Shown one piece after another: positions 54,184 through 64,000 of a stretch of 64,000 nucleotides of DNA. The position numbers were made by a program, and so were the translations under genes. The notes under the pieces are model-generated. The model searched no databases. It saw nothing but the letters and a program-made list of their open reading frames with translations, and was not told the origin of the DNA. Every line of letters starts with the position of its first letter. The first letter of the stretch is position 1. The DNA is from Chrysomallon squamiferum (Eukaryota; Animalia; Mollusca): NCBI GenBank assembly GCA_012295275.1, contig CM022671.1, positions 26,040,001 through 26,104,000 of the forward strand, in the 5' to 3' direction.

Positions 54184-55047
54184 TATATGAAAGTCAAATT
54201 CTGTGACATAATTTTATTAGGAAATAAATATTTTGAAAACTTATATCAGTTTAAAAATAGCATTTTTTTTTTAAAAAATAAGCATGATTTAAGCTCTTCT
54301 CTTTCATGGATATGTGAATGTATGTCGCTCTTCATCATCAAACCCCTTCCCTCCCCAAAAAATAAAAAATAAAAGACAACAAAAAACAAAAATCTCTAGT
54401 AATCATAAGAGATTTCCCCCAAAACATAATTAAATGCTGATGGTTATATTTATAAAATATATTTGTTTACTTCATTATTATTTAAAATATTGCAGGTACA
54501 GGACTTGCTGGATATGATTCCAGAAGGCGGTGGAATCATGGCTCATGACTACATCATGCGTGTTTGGAAAAGTCTTATTGATGACTGGTGTGGTGTTGGG
54601 GCAGCCATTTTTATTGTGACGCCAAAAATAGACTCTGAAAGGTTGTTCCAGATTATGTTGTTGATGATTCGAAACAAAGGAACTGGATTCAAGTTGACAT
54701 TGGTAACACCAGTTAAAACACCAGACGGTGAAAAGTTCTCTAAGATAATGGACAAAACGAAGAGACGTATGAAAGAAGTGAAAACTCCAAGACAGACGAG
54801 GCTTGTGTCCGATGTAAAAATTACGTGGGTGGAAGAAACACTGGAAATTAGGCATGAGAATTTTTCTACAAATTTTATTGCTGCTTACAAAGATGAAGAA
54901 GGCGAAGTTTTGACCACAACAGCATCTTTCAACAAGAGCCATTTCCACTTCAACCAGAAAGACAACGTCTGCTACAACAGACTTCCTACAGCTGATTTGA
55001 AGAGAAATTACCTATTTCCTCTAGGAATAGGAAACAATCTGTTTTGA
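52803..55047 (+). CDS. Uncharacterised 317-aa protein, 2 exons; putative TBP-like N-terminal module plus a degenerate single PLD/Nuc-fold domain
   Basis: Exons 52803-53204 (GAG|GTTTGT) and 54496-55047 (TTGCAG|GTA), phase 0; aaaATG start; globular composition; AATAAA at 55237-55242. The gene model is solid; the domain calls are pattern-based inference. Confidence 0.85.
54088..54175. repeat. (TACA)n tetranucleotide microsatellite
   Basis: Directly visible; it explains the HTYI-repeat ORF at 53995-54372. Confidence 0.95.
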
Positions 55048-58000
55048 ATTTGTCTCAGTTACAAGACTGAAAGTGTGCATTTATCGTATTTTTGGACAAA
55101 ACTGTCCTGGTTAATTCCTTCTGTTATGTCTAAGTTAAAAATGTAAGATATTTATCTAATATACCATTCAGTGAGTACTGTGAAACTGAAAACTGTAAAT
55201 AGTGCAATTACAAAAAAGTATTAAAATATGATTAAGAATAAACATGTTTTGTGTTTATGTAAGTATCCATTTTACAAAGCACTTTAATCTTATATACTCA
55301 ATGGCACATCTTGGTATGAATTAGTTGGTTTTATTTTTAATTTTCTTTTAAGTTCAGTATTTATGTAAATAATTAAGAGTATAACTATGTAAATAAAATA
55401 TTATATTTTATTTATTATTAGCCAAATCAATTTTCCGATCTCAGTAGTAACACAATTTTTATAAATTTAAAAAAATAAAAATGTGAAACAAAAACACCAT
55501 TAATCTACACGTTTTCACTTGTATATCAGTTATATGCAGATTTTTAATTTTCAGTTTTTCTATAATATAGTCTTCACCCTTATAATTAAGAATAACGGGG
55601 TATAATGTTAATAATAAATATGTCTCAGTTATTGTCATACTGATGAATATTATAAACTGTAATATGAACAAATTGGTTTTATTTATTTGTAATTAGTCTA
55701 ATATGAGTGGGCAACAAATAAAGAGAAAAATCATCATTTCTTAGAATGTTGTTTCTTTTTCAGTCTGTGTGGTTTACTGTTGTAGTTTAAAATGGTCCTC
55801 TCTGCTAATCACAAGTTTTCCAGTCACAGCAGCATTAAGATAGCTACTTGAATGTATATTTAAAAAAAACCACATAAATTTTACTCTAAATAAAATGTTA
55901 TTATTAATAAATATAAAAATCTCTATTTAATTGTCTGCGATAGCTGTTTTTAATAAGCATAAGTTGCTTTAAATATGGAATATTAAACATTCTTCAACTT
56001 CTCTAAATTATGATGTAAATTCATCTAAACTTGTTATACATTTCTAAAATTAACAATTGTCTTCTTGTGATCCAGTATTGTTTTTGAAAAGGAAATCTTT
56101 ACTGTCTGTGAATACAAACATTCAATGTAATATCTACCATCTCCAAATACCACAAATATTTTTATTGTAGTTATCTAGCTACTGTCTTATCCAAAATGCA
56201 TCACATTATTTGTAATTTATTTATGATGTAAAGAAAGTAAAAACAGACTATGAACTGTTACAGAATAGTTTTCTAAGACTTCTTTAAAATGTTATTTATT
56301 AAAAGAACATTATTTAAAACTTCCAGATGTTAAACTGTATTATATTTGGTTAAGAATTTTTTAACTCGGTGATAAACTCTGTGTTTTTTTATTAGATTAA
56401 TAAAAACTGTAGCAAACTGGTTTTTAGTATACCTGAAACCAAACAAAACTTGAAAATTTAAATTACCTTTAGTTTAGAGAAAAAAAAACAATGCATAACA
56501 TTATTTATCATGTTTTGTTTTGAATTAGTTACTATGATCATATTAACACATATATTTGTTTATAAATGTGGATTTAAATCTGTTTAAGCAGAAAAAGTCT
56601 TCTGACATTTCTTAATAACTGAACTAATAATGTTACTTTTCAAATTAAGCTTGATAGTTAATTTCATAAAGGAATAATTACCTCAAGAAAAGAAAAACAA
56701 AAAACAACAAACACACAGTTCTGTTATGGATGAACATGTCCAGATAATTTAATTAAAATCAGTCCAATTGTTTCAAACACCCCTGCAAGTTTTTTAAACA
56801 GAGATTGTACATGATTTTTTTACAATATTCCAAAAACACATATGTGCATTACAATAATATATGACTGTCCATGATGCCACATCATTACAATCTGGTGAGA
56901 AATGAATAAATATGTCAGCAAAAAATAAAATAAAATGAAATAAAATAAATATAAAATAGACTAACCACCTTTACTAAAATCTCCCTTAAAATTGTTAACA
57001 GGTATTCTTATTTTGAGACAAACTGCACCAATTTCATGGTTAAACTGAACTGTACTATAAAAATCCTATATGACACATTAATTATTATATAGTTATTATA
57101 CTGACAAATCAAAAGCAATGTTTATGCTAAAATTTATCAGGTCAGAGTTGTGTCACTTGTTGGTTTTTCCATTTCCTCCATATTAATATCTATTTGATAA
57201 CAAATTAGATATAAAAAAATTTCAACTTGATCCAGATTTTCTATATATACAAGTTTGATGTGGTAATTTTTTTTTTTTTTTTTTTAAACAGATTTCTGTT
57301 ATCTTACTTTTCAGTATAAATTATTTTTATGTACTAAATAAAAAAATTCATTAATAAAATCTAACAAGTATATTACTAATTTTTAAATATCTTCAATATG
57401 ACACATATAAATATATAAAAAAAAGTATTATATGAAATAGTTATTTGAAAATATTAGCAAATTTGTAAAAATTATAAAATTTAAAAATTAATATGGGCTT
57501 CCATCAGCAATATAAATACATTTCTATTTTTCAAAATATCACAATATTAATAGAAATAATAATAAACCACCCCAAAACAAATGCAACAGATAAACCCCTC
57601 TGTTCTGTACCCATTAAGATAGTTAAGAAAATAAGAAATAAAATTTTACTAATTTAGTTGAAATAAAATTCAAATAAAATCTTGCATACTAGTGCAGTAT
57701 CTATGCACACTAACTTACAGAAGGAACAACATTTTTATTCTAATGTCTATGCATATGTTATAAACTATCATTCATATTTTTTATTTTATTTAATCTGAAA
57801 GATATCCTTTCATTGAAAGGCTTTTAAATGCTTTGGCTCCTTTCAGTAATATAAATGTACAGTTCATATATTATTATTTTTTGCAGATAAAAAACTAAAA
57901 ATAAAAAAAATTGTTAATTAAAAGAAGTTTGGAAAAACATTTCTTAATTTCTAAGTTGCTGGAGATTTTAATTTTTTTGTTCCTTTTTCATTACATTACA

Positions 58001-60917
58001 TTCTCTTTTTTAAGATATAAAACACAAATTACAGTTCAAATTTATTCAGTTTATTTCATCAGAAAATCAGACCAAACAGTCATCTTTAACAATAGCCTGG
58101 ACAGCCAAAATATTTTTTTATGAAATATGGACGAGATAGTATGCTTGATACTTTGAAATAAGGTGCATTATACAACAAGCAGATGGTTCTTTTTATAATG
58201 AGACTAGCTGATGCAGACTGTTAGGTCTTTCTTACATTTAACATTCTGCAAAATGTTAACTTTTTACTTCTTCTTTTTCTGATATTTCAACATTATTGTG
58301 TATTCACACAGCACGCACACAAAACTAACATGTATGATCAAGTTTTCAGTCATGTACCAACTCCAGTGGACAGATAGATGGTCATTTCAAATTTGTTCAC
58401 TGAAAAATAAACTAAATGCAGTGATAAAATGAAACAGAAGTATTAATTATGAAGATTTTTACTTCCAATTTTCTACATATGAAGCTACTACTTGTTACCT
58501 TAAATAATAGAAGTTTTCTTGCTGCTGAACACTTTACATTTTTTTTTTTTTTAAATTGTAATGGAAAATTGTTTTCAGTTAATACACAACTGTTCTTGGA
58601 AATATTTAAATTATCTGCAATTTCTTTTAATTGACTGTATTTTGGGTAAATGATTATATTTATCAAGAATCAACAATATTAAATTTTTCAGTGATGAACA
58701 AATAAGAGTGGAGCATCTCTGTTTATTAGTTGGTTTGTCAACATTGCATGAACACACAGTGCTTGGAAACAATGACAAAAGCTGATGAAGACCATATATA
58801 CTCGCCTATACTCCATTCTTAACATTCACCAACAGAACACTACATCAATTCGACTGCTAAATCAAGTTGTAGTAGTATCTGTTTAAACAACATCAGGGGC
58901 AACTGCTAAAATAATACTAAAACTCAATAAAAAGTAAAGTAAAAAAAGTAAACAACAACAACAATAATTTCCAATAACAGTTTCATTTTCATTAATTTGT
59001 TTTATCGTTATCATAATTATTATTATTATTAATTATTTATATATTTTTTGTCCACCACTGTGGCTAAAATCATATCAACAGCAAGTAAATACTAAAGTTA
59101 GTGAAAAACCAACAATTAACACATCCTTAAATGATTTGACTAACAATTTCAAGAAAGATGCATCTAATGGACGGATAAAAACCCATTTCATTATAGCTTA
59201 AATTTAATGTAAAAAAAAAAAAAATCCAGTGCTGATCAAACATCAAATCAGTAAGTATAACATAATTACTTTAAAAATATATCCAAAATTTCATTTAGTT
59301 AGTAAATATGATCTGCAACTAAACAATAGCAATATTTCAAAATTACAGGCGAGCATATATGGTAAAATTTTTTATCAACAGCTAGAGAACAAAGCACAGT
59401 TTTTCCATTACAGATCTACGTATACGCAATAGTTTTCAAAGCTTGCATAAATACTAATGACATTTAAAACTGGCACTAGTGCTCATCAGTTGAAAACATC
59501 AAGACAACATGTTCAAATAAATTAAGGCAAAAAATTCACACTTAATGACCATCTCATCCCACAAAAGATTAAAGAAAGGATAGAAGTATACATCATTGTA
59601 CAGCAAGCAGATAAAAATTATACCAGTTCCCACACACAGTTCAATCACATAAAATCATTCAAAACATTAACACAGGTCACTATCTCACTACCCAAGTACA
59701 TTTCACCTAACCCCAGATTTAAAAAAAAAAAATTACATTATGTACAGAAGCTCAAAATATATACACAATTTACAATGATAAATAATCTTGCAAAGGACCA
59801 AACTCTGGTGAGTTAGCTAGGCTAACACATCAGACAATGACATTCACATCTTAGCAGTAATTAATGATTACAACTGCAGCAATTCATTTCAAATGTCAGG
59901 CATGTTAAGCAGATGAAAAACAGGTTTCAGAGCCTCTGTTGCCATTTTCTTTAAACTTTTAAGGACGTTTTTAGTCTCCAACATGCCATTTTGTCAAGTT
60001 AAAAAAAAAAAAAAAAAAAAAGATTTAAAGGATCAGTTATGCCTGAATTTCTTTCTTTGTTGCTTGTGTCATCTGTATTATTTAAGAAGATTTACCATAT
60101 GCACTGTCTTATTGTGAAACTAATTGTTCAACATTTTGCATTAAGATAATAAAAATACTACTAAAATGTAATAAATAAAACAGTAACACTGGAAATTTAT
60201 ATATATACTTTTCAAACACCAATTTCCTTTAACATGTCTAGGAAAGAAATACACATTGAATATAAACATTAACTGCATTTCTCACATTGTTTCACCACAT
60301 ATATAGTTTTTGTTGCTCTTTTTAAAGGAATATCCTGAACATATATAAACTTTAAAAGTCAGTTTTTCATTTTTACCAGATACAGTACAAGTCAAGGAAT
60401 TCAGAAGTTCTTCACTTATGGGTGTAAGTGAATTAAAAAAAAACACACCCAAACTTGTATATCTCTCCAGGATATGTACAAACCAAGAGATTAAAGTGGT
60501 CATTTATAAATTCTTTCACAGATTTATTTGACAACTTCAGCTGTGTCTAGTTTCTATTTGTTTTCTTGTCAGAGCACAAATGAAATGGTGTAACAGCCGA
60601 CCTACATTCACTTCTTCATCATAAATCACATTAAAACAGTTTTAAAAGTTCTCTGTGCATCAGACAATCACAAAATGCACCATCACATGTCATGTATCAC
60701 TTTGGCAATGTTTTAAATTTCTGGGTACTTACAGAGTAGGCCAATACCAGTTTAATTGTAATTTTTTCATTTATAAATATGTCTTTAGTCCTCTAGTAGT
60801 GAAAAAATGTATCTCAGTAACAAATATAAATAATAACTGCAATGAGAATGATTGCTCCTACCTTATATTAATATTAAGTACATTATCTTTTCTGACCAAA
60901 AAAACAAAATAAAGAAT

Positions 60918-60953
<36 letters not shown>

Positions 60954-62132
60954 AAAATAAATAACATTATAAATAAATAAAATTATTAATACTTGATATA
61001 TTGCCTTTAATATGAAATTAAATCCCTGAATAAATTTAAAATGGCACTTGTCTGCATAAAGCTAGATAAAAGCTGCATACAGACCAGAATACAAACTAAA
61101 GAGCCTACCAGAAGCTGCAAATTCTCTCTCTTTTTTTTAACAGAACCATGAACATCAAGGCATTATTTCTGTTTCAGTATGCAATAATACAGTGACCATC
61201 CAGAGGCAAAATAAAAATATATTTTCATGTTTTTGCAGAGACCAGTCAGATTTTGAATGGAATAGTGTAATACTGAACTATAGTGAAACGAACTTTCAGC
61301 ATCTGTAACATGTATCTTATTTCAACTAACTGCAGAAACAACAAGTAATTAACATGATCATCAATATTCCTGAATTCAAAGCGTACGATTACTGCAAGAA
61401 TTATCCAGTGGCCTACTCTGTAACTTGACATCAACTGTCTGTACATTCACAATGTTATGTGATGACTCAGAATTTCAAGCATAGACTATGAAGTGACATT
61501 ACTAGAAGAAATTTCCAATGGCCAACTTTAGGTCCATTCTCTGAACACAAACTGCATCTTTTATTCATAAGCTGTAAATCATTTTGCAGACCTCAAACAA
61601 ATGTTCCACTTTAAGCTAGCACATATTTTTGATATCCTGTTTGCAAAAGCTGTTTATAGTAATTTCAGAACTGATGTATTCAGCGGCCTTGATGAAAATC
61701 ATCCAGAAATTTATATCACTGTGAACAAAACAATAAGCGATGTAATCGTATTTAGAAACTGCATTTGCGCCACTTTCCAAATCTATTACAGCCCATTCAA
61801 AAATTAATTATAATCTGTTTTTTTCCAATTGTGTATGTAATCTGACAGCAGTCAGAGAAATTATTTTGTCCTTCCCCAACCCATCCACACATGTTGTATC
61901 CATTTAAATGACTCTGTACTGAAACCATGACAAAGGCTTGTCAAGAAGCTGGCAAACAGACCATTCCATTCCAATGCAAACCCAACCAGAGTACAAAGAA
62001 GTTTGTCTGAAGCTGTTTAATTAAATCCTTCTAGCATCACAACAAGCACCTGGACTGAGGCTACTGCAGCAATGAGAAAGACTTGGTAAATGAGAGACTG
62101 GCATAACGTATTCCCAGCAGCATACAGGTTCA

Positions 62133-64000
62133 TCAATAGTTGCCTCCCGTTAGAAATGAGAAGTGGGCAAACTGACTATTAATGGGTGTCTTTGGAGATG
62201 CACACATGTATCTGAAGTCCAAATCAAATGAATCAGTCCTGTGAATAGCAGGTTCTGACTTGCTTCGCTTTATCTTCGGTATCGATATATACAAGTTTTC
62301 CAGAATGGCTAGAATCTGCAAAAAACAAATGAAAGTAGAGAAATAAATTTCTTAAAAAAAGAAAAAAAGAAGAAAAGTGAAAGAGGAAGAGAAAAAGCTT
62401 GTTTTAAAATTCCAAACCAAAAAATTATCACATTACAATAGAACTAAATTACAATGAATTTTAAAAAAAGAAGTCCCACCATTTATGGAATCAGCAATAA
62501 TTATGTATCCTTCATACCATTTATTAACTTTTGTTTTCTTTCCCTAACGATACTTTTAGCAACAAAAATAAACTTCTGTTGTTAAATTAAATAATTATAT
62601 TCTCACCTGAGGAAACAAAGGTCTGTTGTTCCAGTCATACTGAACACAATCCTGCATCAAACGCTTGTAAATTTTGGGTGCGTCATTCCTAGCCTTTGAG
62701 ACATCAATCCTCAAATATCCTTTTCCAACCATAAACAAGATCTGAATTTAAAATTTAAAAATTTAAAAATAAATTTGTATGCCTCTAAATATTAAATGTC
62801 AAAACAAATAACTGGTAAATAATACATAAATGGAAATTCACTGACATTTAATATTAAACTAAATTTTGGTCTAAATTTTTATCATGAGAAAATATTTATT
62901 ATTTATCTACTACAGAAAAATATATTTTATTGTAATGAAATATTCTGTTAGCTGTTATATTTTAATTGATTTAACTCAGTTACACTGAAAATAAGGCAAA
63001 AATGTTTGAGTTTATACATAAAATTGACATTAAAAGTCAGGAAGTACTGTTCAATTTTAATTTATTTCTGAGAATACAATTATTAAAATTATTTCTTGTA
63101 CACATACAAAACAAAATATCAAGTATTATTTATGGATGTTTTTACAAATATATCATATACACATATTTCTACCAGGTATAATAATATTACTTGACTTCTG
63201 ATTATATTCAATTTCCCATTTAAAAAAATAATAATAATAATAACAATCCTGTCAGTGCAAAAACACAAATAAAACTGTATGGTTGATGGAAAAACCGATA
63301 ATCATTTGTAAGAACAAAGAGAAAGTAGAAAATGGTGCAATGCTGATGGAAAAACACTCAATTATTTTAACTAGGAACAAAAAATAATGTGACTGTGTAA
63401 CAGAATATAGTCTTTTTAAAATGAATGGAATAAATAAATAGTTTCACTCTACCTGCATCTGATCAGATACACCCACCTGATCTTTGTTATTAATGTGTTT
63501 GTAAGGCAACTCCTGTGTGACTAGCTCATACAACACAATACCAAATGCATACACATCTGATTGGAAAGTATATGGATTTGGAACTTTCATCTGGATAACT
63601 TCAGGAGCCTACAACAGAAAAAAATGAATTAAAATTAACTTTTCTCTGTTTTTTTCTTGTTAAACCTTTACTTTATATAATGTGAATTTTATATTTTTTG
63701 TTTTGGCTTAATAGTATCATTAGTCAATATAAAAACTAGTAAACAAACAAAAGAATAAAATTGATTTATCTATTTCATATTCATCTGAAAGTATTTTGTA
63801 ACCGCAATAAATGGATGGCCATGTCAAGATTCCTACATATCCGGTTTCTAGGTTTTAAAATCACATAATGACCTGTATATCGCTAAACTTTCATTTTCAT
63901 AGATCTTATTATCAAGTAGTTAAAAAAAGAACAGAAGAAACAGAGAAATTTACCATCCACAATATGGAACCTGAAGGTTGCTGAAATTGGTGGGAACCAC
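62133..64000 (-). CDS. BRAF: RAF family Ser/Thr kinase (B-Raf-like), 5'-partial; last four exons
   Basis: Exons 64000-63954 ([15 protein letters not shown]), 63608-63477 ([36 protein letters not shown]), 62741-62607 ([16 protein letters not shown]), 62315-62133 ([12 protein letters not shown] 14-3-3 site..CASPKTP). Invertebrates usually have a single Raf, so the symbol is approximate. Confidence 0.95.

Noticed and set aside
54478-54948. 156-aa antisense ORF over exon 2 of the orphan gene, and similar shadow ORFs over GPCR, HDAC6 and CEP83 exons
   Set aside because: Shadow frames of real coding exons; no motifs or splice support.
52803-64000. Functional link between the pseudo-PLD gene and neighbouring RAF, by analogy to FAM83-RAF interactions
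   Set aside because: No FAM83-specific similarity was seen, and gene adjacency in animals rarely implies a shared pathway.
1-64000. CRISPR arrays, tRNA/rRNA genes, prokaryotic operons or defence systems
   Set aside because: The sequence is eukaryotic with spliceosomal introns; no repeat-spacer periodicity or cloverleaf structure was recognised by eye. Small intronic ncRNAs cannot be excluded without a covariance-model search.

Overview
AT-rich, microsatellite-rich, intron-containing animal genomic DNA; the proteins look invertebrate, probably lophotrochozoan/molluscan (inference, species not identifiable). Six genes can be spliced together by hand: (1) an intronless class A GPCR of the moody/Tre1/GPR84-like group (86-1090, +); (2) a class IIb HDAC6 with two intact deacetylase domains (30 coding exons, 27280->4163, -), whose 3' end is not found in the window, so the GPCR is probably nested antisense in one of its introns; (3) SENP8/NEDP1 deneddylase (6 exons, +), head-to-head with HDAC6 and carrying a 2.84-kb Sola2-like DNA transposon (~630-bp TIRs, TATG TSD, broken transposase) in intron 3; (4) CEP83 (11 exons, -, 703 aa); (5) an uncharacterised two-exon 317-aa gene (+) that seems to join a TBP-like alpha/beta module to a single, catalytically degenerate PLD/Nuc-fold domain; (6) the 3' end of a RAF kinase (-). 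Two MITEs lie in the CpG-retaining interval between CEP83 and gene 5. The best candidates for new biology are the pseudo-PLD fusion protein, the GPCR with an apparent D2.50Q/S3.39D sodium-pocket swap and R3.32, the HDAC10-like gatekeeper in HDAC6 domain 1, and an in-frame alternative donor in the RAF kinase domain. No tRNA, rRNA or CRISPR array was recognised. All calls are by eye, without database searches.
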